A stretch of DNA of 64,000 nucleotides from Octopus vulgaris (taxonomy: Eukaryota). The first letter of the stretch is position 1. Each line of letters begins with the position of its first letter. The position numbers and the translations under genes are program-made. This document shows positions 1 through 14,718 of this stretch, in pieces. The notes below the pieces were generated by a model. That model made no database searches and had not been told where the DNA came from. It saw only the letters and a list, made by a program, of their open reading frames with translations. The stretch spans positions 98,270,001-98,334,000 of the forward strand of contig OX597820.1 of assembly GCA_951406725.2 (NCBI GenBank). The letters are read 5' to 3'.

Positions 1-104
1 TATATCATATTATATTGTATTTTTATGATGAGAATTACGCCAAGGAATTGGATAATAACGAGTTATGTTGCAATCTCTTATGATTTTATGATACTATACA
101 TATT

Positions 105-156
<52 letters not shown>

Positions 157-1100
157 TGCATACATACACATGCGCGTGAGCGTTTGTATGTGGGTATGTA
201 TGTGCATGCGGATGGCCTACGACAGAAAAGATTTCGCAATGGGAGTGGAGCTGGTTATCGTTTGCATTTCATTCATGTCTATGAGGTTTTCCCTAAACCT
301 CATTGTGCGTCCAGTTAACTGATGTCAATGTCCATATAAAAATGGAGAATATTGCTAACAGCAAAGTATGTACGTTTGGAATATCTACTTTTTTTAACGG
401 AAACAACAGTTGTACTATAGAGAAATAAGGAGAAATTGTCAAAGTGTCATCACAAAATAAATTCATACTGGTAAACTGTAATACAGAAATACACTTGGCA
501 ATGTGAGGTTGGCACTCTCGAACTGTGCATGTTCGTGTATGTACGAGTGTGTGCGTATGTATGTGCGAGCGTGCGTGTGGTTTGTGTGTGTGTCTGTGTG
601 CATTTGTTTGTGTGTGCGCATGCGTGTTTTCATGAGTAGGTTTCCTTCATATTAGTCTCTCACTCCTCACTTAGTGTCTGGGAACATGATATACCAGGGG
701 AAATGTGTTGATACGTCAAACTTGGATAGCAGTATGACTTATGAAGCGAAAAGTTACTTTAGATACACTGTTTCTAAAATGTCGAGATGGTTACAGTTTG
801 AACACATGTTATTATATATATACCTTGTAAATCAGTAATCAGGAACTAATTATGAACAATAATTACCAGAAAAATATTGCTATGAAATATTAATCGCAAA
901 TCAGGGTGCAGGTGCTGAAGATAATGTTGGAGAGATGAGAACAGCGTGGAAGCTCTCTCGTTGAATCGATGGGCTTTCTCAATTAATTGATAGGCCGAAA
1001 GTGAATCAATAGCGCCGAAAGTGGGTTAGAGTACAAAGCAAGGAATCCAAATCCAGGATCCATTTTAACCTGTCTTCACCCTTGCCTAATGATGTAAATC

Positions 1101-1488
1101 TGGTGGAGGCGCAATGGCCCAGTTGTTAGGGCAGCGGACTCGCGGTCGTAGGATCGCGGTTTCGATTCCCAGACCGGGCGTTGTGAGTGTTTATTGAGCG
1201 AAAACACCTAAAGCTCCACGAGGCTCCGGCAGGGGATGGTGGTGATCCCTGCTGTACTCTTTTCACCACAACTTTCTCTCACTCTTACTTCCTGTTTCTG
1301 TTGTACCTGTATTTCAAAGGGCCGGCCTTGTCACTCTCTGTGTCACGCTGAATATACCCGAGAATTACGTTAAGGGTACACGTGTCTGAGGAGTGCTCAG
1401 CCACTTACACGTTAATTTCACGAGCAGGCTGTTCCGTTGATTGGATCAACCGGAACCCTCGTCGTCGTAACCGACGGAGTGCTTCCAC
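1101..1488 (+). mobile_element. tRNA-derived SINE (family A head, tail type 1), full length
   Basis: tRNA-like head with A-box (TGGCCCAGTTGTT) and B-box (GTTTCGATTCC); exact 13-bp TSD AATGATGTAAATC at 1088-1100 and 1489-1501; head and body recur at 33687-34258. Confidence 0.92.
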
Positions 1489-1775
1489 AATGATGTAAAT
1501 CACTCAGACGTTGCGGAAATATATTATAACATAAAGGTAAAGTAATAATGTTTCTCCGTGATGGTTCTGCAATTTTGAAGGCCGTACTACTTGAAATCCG
1601 CCTACAAAATACAGGAATATATTAGCTGCTACATACACCTTTCCACGACGTTAAATGCTACGCTTAACTTTCCATTAAGATGAGTCTTGAGAAAATGTAA
1701 AACGTCATTTTATAATTCGGACACAGTTAAGGTATCAAAATTGTGAGATTGATTTAAAATAATTTATTGTATATT

Positions 1776-1966
1776 CCTATCTACTCTAAGCACAAGGCCA
1801 GAAGTTTTGGGGGAGGGGGCCAGTCAATTAGATCGACCTCAGTACTCAACTGGCACTTAATTTTATCGATCCCGAAAGGCAAAGTCGAGATCAGAACGTA
1901 GCGGCAGACGAAATACTGTTAAGCATTTCGCCCGACGTGCTAACGATTCTGCCAGGTCGCCTCCCT
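1776..1966 (-). mobile_element. SINE family B, internally deleted copy
   Basis: Homologous to 27287-27704; flanked by ~18-bp near-perfect TSD AATAATTTA(T/G)TGTATATT (1758-1775, 1967-1984). Confidence 0.85.
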
Positions 1967-2364
1967 AATAATTTAGTGTATATTAGTACAGTAATTTTAT
2001 GTATATTAGCTCAGTAATTTCATTCAACATTAACTCAATCGACGGATTCTCCAGATAGAAAATTTATGGGAATGTGTAGCAATAAAGGGAAGGCAAAAAT
2101 TTATGAAACTGAACGGAAAAAGCGGGAGCATAGAGAAAGCCTGAAATATGAAAAGTGTGATAAATGACAAAAAGTGTTACGGAAAGAACTAGGCAGGTAT
2201 TTAAAGCTGGTCGCGATTTGTCCCATTAGGTATGTGCGCATAAATATAATATTGCTTATTTTATCAGATGATATTAACAAGACAAAATAACACGATAAGA
2301 ATACCAACCGAATCTCCCTCCTTCTCCACTAATGGAGAAACAAAATTACTTTTTATCTTTTTTT

Positions 2365-2728
2365 TTTTACCTATTTCAGTCTTCATCAGACTACGGCGAT
2401 GATGGGGCAGGGCCTTGAATCTTAGTCGAACGAATCGAACTCCAGTACATGTTAATTTTTTAAACCTGGTACTTATTCTATGAGTGTATTTTGCCGAACC
2501 TCTAATGTTATAATGACACCCACACCAGTTGCCACGCGGTAGTGGAACGCGGGAAAACATGGACACAATGATAAACACAGACACACAGACACACACGCAC
2601 ACCAAATCCATTCACAAGATTTTGATCGACCCAAGGCTATAAGTAGCAGACACTCACACAAAGTGCTACGCAGTGGGATTGAAACCGTAACCATATGGTT
2701 GGGAAGAAAGCTCCTTACCACGCAACCG
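2365..2728 (-). mobile_element. SINE family C, diverged copy
   Basis: Reverse-complement similarity to 43491-43894 (ACCAAATCCATTCACAAG, GCAGTGGGATTGAA, GGTACTTATTCTAT). Confidence 0.8.
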
Positions 2729-3725
2729 AAGATTTTGATAATAGGCCTGCTGATGTATCGAGCTCGACAGAGAACGAATGAAGTCATTACAATTAATATA
2801 AACAATAACTTTATAAACAAACGTAAAAGATGTCACAATAAAGAGAATAAGAATTACTGTTAGTAAAATCTCTGAACAAAAGTTTGGCAGCAAGAGAGAA
2901 TAAAGGAGTCACGTCTTGAGCACCGCCTTCACATTCTAGAAACAGCAGCCGTGCCTCTCTTGTTTCAAGTTGCACAACTTTATGGTGGAAGGGAATAATT
3001 AGGCACACTAGAGTCTAATACACTTCCAGATAAGATGATCGCATTCTGAACATCTTTGCTTCATGTGTTGTTAGACCTGGGCTCGCTTGGGACTAAATAA
3101 AATCTCTAATAGCGCTGCCTTTTATCACAACAAAAATATCCGCCATCATTTACCTAAACTTATGTAACAACTCCACCATATTTCAGTGACTTTTATGAGA
3201 AAGTGTGTCAAACTTTACAAACTTTACAAACTTTACATGCTTTGAAAATGACTCTCTCCCAAACTCCTAGACCTTCAGCTCACTATAAATTGCCTAAGAC
3301 AGCTTGTACATCATATACATCATCTGCTATTTGCCATAAGTAATAACTATAAAACTTCGCTTTACACTAGCACTTTCTCGACCGCATCATACGCTACAAC
3401 TCACAGTGATATCATATATTGGTACATAAAAAGTAATTGCTAAATTGAGTGAGGGGATTCACTATTAATAAGGTGCAGTGTGATATCATCGGAGTACTTT
3501 TAAGTTCAGAAAAAAATCGCGACTTCTGTTATTTGCGTAACTGCATTGAGCCCATAACTTTGTAGTTCACATCCTTGCTTTGGGAGATGTGTTCTCCTAG
3601 ATAAAGTTAATTCATTTCTGATGATTTTCAGCGGCAAATGTAGGAATTTAACTTTCTGAACGTAGGAATGGCGAACTCGCACACACATACGTATATGTGC
3701 ATGTGTGCAGTGTGTGTGTGTATGT

Positions 3726-3764
<39 letters not shown>

Positions 3765-3927
3765 TGATAGTGTGTGAGTGTGTGTGTATACTTGTTTCTG
3801 CTGCAGCGACTACTCACTGTTGCAAATGCAACTATGCATTATGTTCGGTGCATTTGCAACAGTGAGTAGCCGCTGCAGCGGAAACACTTGTAGATCATTA
3901 AAATATGATGTTTATATATATGTATAC

Positions 3928-3982
<55 letters not shown>

Positions 3983-4014
3983 TGTGTGTATACATACATA
4001 TATGTATGTACATG

Positions 4015-4066
<52 letters not shown>

Positions 4067-5007
4067 GTATGTATACATACATACACGTATTTATATAATT
4101 TGCTACCCTATATTTTACGTATATATATCCGTAAAATATAGGGCAACAAATTCTTTAGAAATTTCACTACTGGTGGCCTAGCATGTATAAATGTCAATAG
4201 ACAACATTTTCCCCATATAAATTTAGTGTACATTTAAACACAAAAGAAGTGAACCTTTAACAGGCAGCTTTACACGCTAGAAGGAGCAGTCAAAAAGACA
4301 AACGATCAAAACCACATTTTCGAACATGTTCGAGGAATTTCGAAGGGAGTGAAAAATAAAAAGTTTTACCTTGTTTTTTTAACAGCCATACCTAGGTTTC
4401 AAACTCTAATTAGCAAATAATATAATTTGCTAGGCAGAGTTATCCTCAGTGGCTACGCCATGATAATAACATAATTTAGTGACAGAATACTCCACACAGA
4501 AGCAGCATCTTAATGACTTCCATCTTCGTAGCCTGAGACGTATTTCATATATATATATATATAAAATTTAAATAATTTAAATAATAATATTTAAATTGAA
4601 ATAACCATGTTCTCTAACCAGCAAAATTCACTGCAGATAATTATTTCCGGTATTTTGGCGCGCCAAAACGAAGACTTTTGAAATATAACCCCAAATGTAA
4701 TTGGTAGAACTATATGCATGTTCAATCTCATGCAGGCGTCTCGTGTATAATTCTGTAAATTATATTTCGCTATGACGATCACACTGATGAATTGCGGACA
4801 TTTACGTAAGTATTATGTAAGTGGTAACAATGAACCTGAGTTTGTGATTAATCTTTATATTTTGTATCTTTTCATTTGTCTTGCTTGCTTACGTTCTGGC
4901 GTTTTCTGAATTTTCTTGAGAACAATCTTTTCTGAGTGCTCAGACTATATGGGGTCTACCTCTAGGATAATGGATGTCCACATAGTAGTCATCCCCCTTA
5001 TATATGT

Positions 5008-5048
<41 letters not shown>

Positions 5049-5069
5049 CACACACACACACAAATGTAA

Positions 5070-6600
5070 ATACTTTCTTTACTTTGATGATACGGAAGGT
5101 GAGATTGGACGTTTGTTAACGGCAAGAGACCTGTTTCTCAGTGTGGATAAGAATTGCTTCGGTATATAGCCTCAGACGAAATAATTTCTCCAGAGGTTGG
5201 TTTGAGGGAATGCGAATTGGTGTCTCATTAGCTGGGAATTTATCAGAACGTACAGAAGAAGAATACTCGATTTCGTTTGTTGCTGCCATGATGTCTGAGG
5301 CGCTAACGATTATGTGAGAAATAATATCTTGGATATTGAGATCGTTCAGATCCCTTGCGTCACTAAAGACAGCAATAGCGTTTCTGCTCTACTTCTGCCC
5401 TTTCTGTAGCATTACTATTGGTGGATACTGCTATCATCAGTCAGTGGACCAATGGGTGACACAGCGGTCCTATGCTTGTTGGAATATAAATAGAAAATCT
5501 TGGGGTTCTGATTGAGTTTTTTTAATTACCTAGATTTCCTCTGCAGCCCTTTCATTCTCCATGTATATTTTTATGGTGGTCTGCAGATGATAGTTTTCCA
5601 ACTCTAGCCTCCATACTGCTGTTGACTGTGGATACTGTTAGTGGTAGTATTTTAATTGGTATTTCATTTCTATCAACTCTTGATTCTCCCGATGAATGAT
5701 TTTTTTTCTCTTGAGAGCCTATTTTTACTAGGGCTTGTGTTACGTAGTTGCGTGTTTTAAGCATGTATAAGTGACACTCTTCTCCAAGTGCTGCCTTGTT
5801 GCTTCAATATCAAGGGAAATGTGAGAGAAGGAAAAGTCGATAAGTAATAAGTAGTTTTTAGACGCTCCCCAGTCTGTTTTGTGAAGATTTATGTTGTCGA
5901 ACAGATACATTGGAGTGAGAGTGATCTGTTTAGCTTTGGCATCCCGGAACCTAAGGTTGGTGAGAAGAGTTTTTTGTTTGCGTTTTCTTAACTGAAATGC
6001 TATGGATGGAGCTAGAGGGATTTGTTAAGCACAAGTTGGGTTAAGAAAAATTCATTCGTTAAATATTAAATAGTAATTTGGCTGCTGCTGTTGCTGGTTT
6101 GTGTGTTGTTGAGATGCAGTTATCTAGCTTCAGGGTATTTATACGCCAATTCTCCTACACCAAGTTAAAGTCACCTATCGTTAATATTTCCAGAGCTGAC
6201 TTTCTTGAGACACACTTCAAAACACTGACGTGGAGTTCGATGAATCCTATGGAGACCGACAATACTTACGTCATTAACTTTCTTGATTAGCGATATCGAG
6301 TCGCAACAGCGTTTGGAAAATATGACCCTGGCTTCCATAATAAAAGAATCATAAAGAAAAATGGTTGCTCCTCCTTTATTTCGGCCAGTGCGATCTGCAC
6401 AGATGACGGTGAAATAATTTATTTTCAGTACGGCATAGATGTAAAAATTGTTTAGACGGGTTTCTTTGAGGATGAAGTAAGGGACACAATGTATCATCAT
6501 TTCAATTAGCCAATGGAAGGTTCCATTTTTTTTGCTTTGATACCACGTACATAATTTGGATTGGTGTCACGTACATTCAGCTGGAATATCGAAGTGAAAA
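5070..6600 (-). pseudogene. Decayed LINE ORF2 (APE endonuclease to start of RT), CR1/L2/Jockey-group
   Basis: Minus-strand remnants QLNVR, ADRTGRNKGGATIFL, HRTP (YRPP-like), GDFNL, NLHKTDW, DIMAATNEI..SDKFPA, NKRPIS in LINE ORF2 order; many stops and frameshifts. Confidence 0.7.
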
Positions 6601-6756
6601 CTGGTTGATAATGTTATGCATGTACATATGAAATTATACTTAAGAGGGTGGGTCAAAAGTAATGCAAATAAAAATTGCATTATTTTTTGACTAACCCTCG
6701 AACATATATATGAATATAGTTATGCATACATAAGTTTCAATGTTTATATTTAAATG

Positions 6757-6801
<45 letters not shown>

Positions 6802-6837
6802 ATATGTGTGTATATGTATATGTATATATATATATAC

Positions 6838-6888
<51 letters not shown>

Positions 6889-7118
6889 ATTGGATAGGCA
6901 TGAATACATACACACACATTTAGACATCTATATACATGCGTGTGTTTGCACTAAGATGAAATATGATATGTAAATACACACACACACATGACAGTTGCGT
7001 ATATTTTGTGTGTGTATATATATATATGCATATATATATATATGCCTGACATTTACGAATATTTTTGAGTGTGAGAGTGTGTATATATACATATATATTC
7101 ATATGTATATATATATTC

Positions 7119-7157
<39 letters not shown>

Positions 7158-7256
7158 ACATATTTATTTATATCTGAGCGTATGTATATATAAATATCTA
7201 TATATGTACATATATATTCATATTCATATATGCATATATCTAAATACTTATATATT

Positions 7257-7364
<108 letters not shown>

Positions 7365-7845
7365 GGGAATTAAGAGACAGTTAGACAAACATGCAGTTAG
7401 ACAAATACAGGGAGTGACAGAATGCGAAGTTGAGAGAAATCTGTTCCCTATCTTCGTCTGCATAATCTTCTCACGAAATCTATCTATTATATATATACAA
7501 AGCGTTTACTTAACTCTCTGCATACGAGCTTCAAATGTTTACTGCACTGCCATGTCTATTGTGTGTCTTGTGTCATTCGAATGTATCTTTTTTTCTTTTT
7601 TTACTTTAGTTGTTGTTGTTGTTTTTTTCCCTAATGCCTCTGCACACTATTCGATTTTCTTCTCACGTGTATTGTCTTCCAGCCGGTCTCATCCACTAAG
7701 GCTTGACAAAATGTTTAACAAGTCCCTGAAGGATTACCCAGGACGTGTTATAATGATGTCACCAACCCAACACGTTTATGCTTTTCTATTTTACGCCATG
7801 ATAATCACAACTGTTATTATAACGATGATTGTTGTTGCATTTGCA

Positions 7846-8060
<215 letters not shown>

Positions 8061-8141
8061 CAGAAGTAATATTAGTAGTAATAACATTTATACCATATCA
8101 TGACTATTTCACAGTTTTATAAACATACATACACATATATG

Positions 8142-8186
<45 letters not shown>

Positions 8187-8379
8187 TATATACAGATATA
8201 TATATATACATATATACATATATATATAATGTATATATATAATGTATGTATATATATAATATAGATAGATACATAGATAGATAGATAGACTGATAACCAG
8301 ACAGCTAGACAGATAGGTAAATGTGTGTTTATGGGTATATAAATAAATAAATAAGTATATATATATATATATATATGCC

Positions 8380-8415
<36 letters not shown>

Positions 8416-8713
8416 TATATAAAGACACTCACACAGACACACACACACACACACACATGTTCATACATATATATATATATATATATACAACAACGCACAT
8501 GCGTGTGTATGCGCCTGTGCGTGCCTCTGTATATCTAAGTGCGCTTGTGTGATCGTCTGCTTGTTTACATCTTAGTGCGCCTTTCGTATAATTCAACAGT
8601 GATATCAAAACACCTACACCGAGCAAGGTTGTGCGTCTGCTAAAAAGATTTACAAGATGGACAAACTGAAGCAAAATAAATACTATGTAAATGTTTACAT
8701 ATATATATGTATG

Positions 8714-8756
<43 letters not shown>

Positions 8757-8984
8757 GTGACTGTCTATCTGATTGTTTGTGTATGTGTATGTGTTTATTT
8801 ATGTATGCATATATAATGTATATTTGTTTTGGAATTATAATGAAACAGTCCATAGATCAGTGATAATGTTGAGTTCGCGGGGACTTAAATATACAAACAC
8901 AAAAAAACAAACAACAAAATTTCCTCCCGATTTTCGCTTTCGCTAATCGTAGTGTTGAAATAATAATGAAAGGAACAATATCAA

Positions 8985-8998
8985 TGATGATGATAATA

Positions 8999-9036
<38 letters not shown>

Positions 9037-9042
9037 AATGAT

Positions 9043-9093
<51 letters not shown>

Positions 9094-9121
9094 TATAATA
9101 ATAATAATAATAAAAAATTAA

Positions 9122-9198
<77 letters not shown>

Positions 9199-9203
9199 TA
9201 ATA
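8985..9203. repeat. (GAT)n-(AAT)n microsatellite
   Basis: Directly visible. Confidence 0.97.
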
Positions 9204-10559
9204 TCAAAAAAGAATAATCACAATAACCACAAAGGGAATAATACCACCAAGGGACTAAAATAAGAAAAATCTAGGAGTCAATGACACACAGAAACTGAAT
9301 ATTTCAAGTGATTATGTATGAAATGAGACAAATAAAACACACACAAACTTATGGTAAATAACATGGAAAAAATTGGTGAAACAATAAACGGAAAGGAAAA
9401 GAAACAGACATTGGTAACCCTTTCGTCAGCCGTATCGTTAGATGAAATTGCAGTGATTTCGTCACTGGAAAACATCGCTGCGCCAAGAATCACAATAATG
9501 CTTGCATTGAAGACTGAAACAAAGATTCAGAGACGCAAACCTTAGAGGAAACAATAAGGACAAGCAAATACAGAGTTGTGAGACCTAACGATAAATTTGT
9601 CTTTTGTATAAGTAAATAGGAATAGAAAGTGAGGTGTTAAGGCAGTGGATCTGCTCAAACTTGATGTGTAAAAGAGATACAAACCGTTCTCATCAGATGA
9701 CTGCATAGACTTCAAACAAAAAGTACAAGTTAGATATCTAAGCATATTCATTAGGAAGAACGTAGTCTTCAAAACATCTAAAATTAAATCTTTAGGGCGT
9801 TTTAGATTAATTAGTATCATGACAGACCTATATAACTATCTAAGAAAATGGAACTTTACACACGGCAGTATCAACACCGAAGGGTAGGTCCTATGGTGGT
9901 AAACGAGAATGTCTGATGGGGGAGTGATGATAATAGAAAGTAAAGAGGGAATAGGGATAGCTCATTAAGCTTAATTTGATTGTCATCTTGAAGAGGAAGG
10001 AAAAGTAAACTGTCAAAATGAATACTTCTTAAAGGATTATGGGTGAGATTATAGGTGAAACAGAAGGAGTAAGTTTTAAACTAAGTTTACTTATACCGTT
10101 AAAGCAAAATATAAATATATAGATATAGGAAGGCTAGAAAGAAATTTCAAATATAACTAAATAAGGGGATAACGGATAATTTGATAATTGATAATATAAG
10201 ATTGCAGCCTGAAACGAATTTTATGAAAACAAATTTTGAATTATAATTTGCTACCAAGACTTTTATGCTATAAAAACTTGAAAAATATAAGGAAATAAAA
10301 ATATAAATATAAACAAAATATAAATATAAAAATATGATATAATAAAATATAAAAAATTTAAAGTATATATATACATATATACAAAGGTATGAAAATATAA
10401 AACATAAAATACATAAAAGATATGTGTAATAAAAATATAATTATAGATATATAACCAGAGATCTTGATCTTTATTCAAAAGTGAAAATACCAGTTCTAAG
10501 AAGTGATTGCAAAATAACAATTGCATCTTAACGTATGGTAGTAACCTGTAGCAGGGTCT

Positions 10560-10769
10560 AGCTTGAGTCCAAATTTTGCACAAGGCCGCCAAGTTATAGA
10601 TAGGGAGTGGGTAAGTCAATGACGTCGACCCCAGTGCACGACTGATTTTATCAACCTGGAAAGTATGAAAGGCAAAGCCGATCTCGGTGTAATTTGAACT
10701 CAGAAAGTAAAGACGGGCGATATGCCGCTAAGCATGTTTCCTAGTGTGCTAACGAATCTGGCAGCTCGC
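10560..10769 (-). mobile_element. SINE family B, diverged copy
   Basis: GTCGACCCCAGTG..ATGAAAGGCAAAG..TTTGAACTCAGAA..GCTAAGCAT..GCTAACGAATCTGGCAGCTCGC matches family B. Confidence 0.8.
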
Positions 10770-10781
10770 AATAATAATAGT

Positions 10782-11153
10782 GGCCTTATACAACTAGAAA
10801 AGTATTACAAATAACAACCATAAGACTACAAAAATATCTACTTCAGAAGCAAGGAAAACTAATACAAATAGCCACAAAACACGAACAAAACAAAAAATTT
10901 GTTTTCAGTCTTTAAGGAAGCTGAGAAATACAAAAACGAAGTCATAGTACGTAACAACTATGAAGAAAAAGAAGAATCAACAAAAGTTGTAAAACTACAG
11001 AAATCCAAACTAAAACTAGAACAGCAACGGATCATGATAAAACGATGGCAAGAAAAGGCCCTTCATGGCAAATACTGTGTCAAACTAAACGCGAATGAAA
11101 TAGACAAAGCAAAATCCCAACAATGGTTGAGAAGCTCAGTACTCGAAGCAGAG
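10782..11153 (+). pseudogene. R4/Dong-like RLE non-LTR retrotransposon fragment (post-RT region)
   Basis: GLIQLE..KRWQEKALHGKY..QQWLRSSVLEAE; highly similar to 13459-13820; preceded by short (AAT)n. Confidence 0.8.
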
Positions 11154-11255
11154 ATCGAAATTAAAATAAATACAACTAATTCAGATTCTCATTTCCGTTC
11201 TATTTCTCATATTTTTTTTAATGATTATTTGTATTTTAAGTGCCATAGTTTTATA

Positions 11256-11688
11256 GCGACTGTCATGAATGTTTGGTTAAGAAGGTCGCTTCGCAGCCAT
11301 GTGTTCTAGGGTTCGGTTTCACTGTGCGACACTCCGAGGAAATGACTTCGACTGTAACACAAGCCGGTCAACACCTTACGAGTGAATTTGGCAGACGGAA
11401 ACTGTGTAGAATCCCGTCACACATGCGTGTGTATGTTTGTGTACTATGTATTCAAGTGTAAGTGCTCGCATGCCCGTGTGAGCATCTCGCACTGCGTGAC
11501 AGCCATTATTGTTCTGCTTACGACGTCGTAACTTAGAGGTTCAGCAAAATAGTCCGATAGAATAAGTATCAGACGTAAATTTGCTAGAGGTAGATTTCAT
11601 CGACGAACCCTTTCAATACGCTACTTCAGTAAAGTTGCAGCCAGCTCTATGATCAGAACGTGCAAACGAATAAAAAAGAATAAAAGGA
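11256..11688 (+). mobile_element. SINE family C, old diverged copy
   Basis: GTGAATTTGGCAGACGGAAACTG, CCGATAGAATAAGTA and A-rich tail, collinear with 43491-43894. Confidence 0.75.
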
Positions 11689-12158
11689 AGTTGCAATCTA
11701 AAACAGATTTGTCTCTTACTTCTAGCACGTGAAACAACCACATAAACATCTCCCCCCCCCCCCCGATGTCTTGATTTTATCACTACATATAATAGTTGAA
11801 TAATTCAATTTCATGTTACTAGCGCTGTTAGTATGAATTACTTTGCAAAACCAGGTTTTCAACAATGTTTCAGATACATTAACTGTCACCAAGAATAATT
11901 CATCAGACAGAGATACTCCTGAAAATCACAAGAGAGCAATTCATTTCGTTTCTTATTTATAATACATCAAAATTAACAAATTCATACAAAAGTTGTCAGT
12001 ATTTTTATCATTATTTTGTCTTGTTTCTTTGCCTGTGGTCTAACAAGAGATATTCAATGCCTATACGCCACTGTATGTTGTGTTTCTTTCTTTGTGGATG
12101 TATGTTGATGTATATATATATATATATATATATATGCATATATACATATATACATATA

Positions 12159-12250
<92 letters not shown>

Positions 12251-12746
12251 TACATATGCATACATATATATTCATACATATATCTATCCACATATATATA
12301 TATATATATATATATATGCATATCAATGTTTACATATTTTCACCCACACACACATATATGTGCGTGTGTGTGTGCATGTGTATGTGTGTGTATGCATGTA
12401 TGTGTACATATGTGTACGTGCTTCTGCATGCGTATGCGTATATATGTGTGTATATGTATACGTAAATATGCACGTACGTATGTGTGGGAATATATATATG
12501 GCGTTGAGTGTTTGTTTCAATGAATCGAAAGGAAAATAAAGAAACTTCGTCTCAATAACCTTCATTTGTTGCGAAAGGAAATGTAGAGGACTGTACAAGG
12601 GTTCGAAGATCAAAATAAATAAGGCACGCGTATAGTTTGAAGATCTTAAGGGGTGGCCTGATACGGTGTGAACATCTGTCTACAAACTTTATACTGCTAC
12701 TACCATCACCACCATCGCTGCCACCACCATAACAACTGCCACCGAA

Positions 12747-12803
<57 letters not shown>

Positions 12804-12825
12804 GCTACTACTACTAGTAGTAGTA

Positions 12826-12887
<62 letters not shown>

Positions 12888-13106
12888 CCTTAAATCTTTA
12901 AAATGTTTTAGCCCGAAGGCCGCGGCCATGTTGGGGCACCACCGCTGAGATTGTGGGTGAGATTATAGGTGAAACAGAAAGAGTAAGTTTTAAACTAAGT
13001 TTACTTATAACGTTAAAGCAAAATATAAATATATAGATATAGGAAGGCTAGAAAGAAATTTCAAATATAACTAAATACAGTAAAGTTGCAGCCAGCTCTA
13101 TGATCA

Positions 13107-13177
<71 letters not shown>

Positions 13178-13206
13178 TTGATGATGATGATGATGATGAT
13201 GATGAC

Positions 13207-13242
<36 letters not shown>

Positions 13243-13250
13243 AATGATGA

Positions 13251-13295
<45 letters not shown>

Positions 13296-13372
13296 GGTCT
13301 CTGGGTGAGACTTGGAGCCAACTTGTACAGACATAAAGCAAAAGTCAAACATAGAATAATAATAATAATAAT

Positions 13373-13441
<69 letters not shown>

Positions 13442-13457
13442 CATAGCAATAATAATA
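12747..13457. repeat. Cluster of (ACT)n, (AAT)n and (GAT)n arrays with short non-repetitive islands
   Basis: Directly visible; islands at 12887-13109 and 13295-13353. Confidence 0.95.
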
Positions 13458-13458
13458 A

Positions 13459-14491
13459 ACTAGAAAAGTATTACAAATAACAACCATAAGACTACAAAAA
13501 TACCTCCTTCAGAAGCAAGGAAAACTAATACAAATAGCCACAAAACACGAACAAAACAAAAATTTGTTTTCATTCTTTAAGGAAGCTGACAAATACAAAA
13601 ACGAAGTCATACTACCTAACAACTATGAAGAAAAAGAAGAAACAACAAAAGCTGTAAAACTACTGAAATCTAAACTAAAACTAGAACTGCAACGGATCAT
13701 GATAAAACGATGGCAAGAAAAGGCCCTTCATGGCAAATACTGGGTCAAACTAAACGCGAATGAAATAGACAAAGCAAAATCCCAACAATGGCTGAGAAGC
13801 TCAGTACTCGAAGCAGAGACTGGGGGATTTTTAATTGCAGCACAAGATCAAAGCCTTCCCACCAGAAATTACCAAAAACATATAATGAAAAGAAACATAA
13901 GTGACTGCAGATTATGTAGAGATGGACAAGAAGCAATAAACCATATTGTCTTTGGATGCCCATTCCTGGCTAAGAAGGAATATATTCACAGACATGACAG
14001 AGTTGTGATCTATATACACCGGAAGCTATGCCAACACTATGGAATAACAAAAGAAAATAGATGGTATAGGCACACGCCAGAAAAGGTCATAGAAAATGAG
14101 AAAGCAACCATACTATGGGATATGCCAATGCACACAGAGAAATTAAGGCCAACAGGCCGGATATAGTTGTCAGAGATCATTAAAAAATGTGCCTTCTAAT
14201 CGATGTATCAATACCAACAGATGACATCGTTTCTCAAATGTGGAGTCTAAAAACAGAAACAATTCCTCTCATAGTAGGCACATTAGATATGATAAAAATA
14301 TTCAGGCAAACACAACAAAAACACCAGGACTAGCAATAGCACTACTAGGCACCGCACACATCCTACGTAAAACACTTTCAATACAGTGTTTTACGTAAGA
14401 TGCATCATAACAGACCACAATACATAACCACGGTACACAGAGCTGCGCTCGGCAGTGCAGTGAAAGCACGTGATAAAAATAAGGCTACTGA
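13459..14491 (+). pseudogene. R4/Dong-like RLE non-LTR retrotransposon, 5'-truncated 3' end with 3' UTR
   Basis: ORF 13564-14166: LIAAQDQSLPTRNY, CCHC knuckle CRLC..HIVFGC, RHDRV, TILWDMPM, then frameshifted RPDIVV..LIDVSIP (PD-D/ExK nuclease); (AAT)n on both sides. Confidence 0.9.
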
Positions 14492-14504
14492 ATAATAATA
14501 ATAA

Positions 14505-14718
14505 TCCTTTCTACTACACGCACAAGGCCTGGAATTTGGGGAGAGGCGACTAATCGATTACACCGACACCAGTGTTGCACTGGTACTTGATTTAGCGACC
14601 CCGAAATGATGAAAGGCAAAGTCAACCTCTGGAGAATTTGAACTAAAAGCGTGAAGACGGACGAAATGCCGCCGAGCAGTTTGCACAGAATGCTAACGAT
14701 TCTGCCAGCTCACCGCCT
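14505..14718 (-). mobile_element. SINE family B
   Basis: Collinear with family B; flanked by (AAT)n. Confidence 0.85.

Noticed and set aside
1104-1180. tRNA gene
   Set aside because: The tRNA-like sequence continues into a SINE body with TSD; it is a SINE head, as are the others in the window
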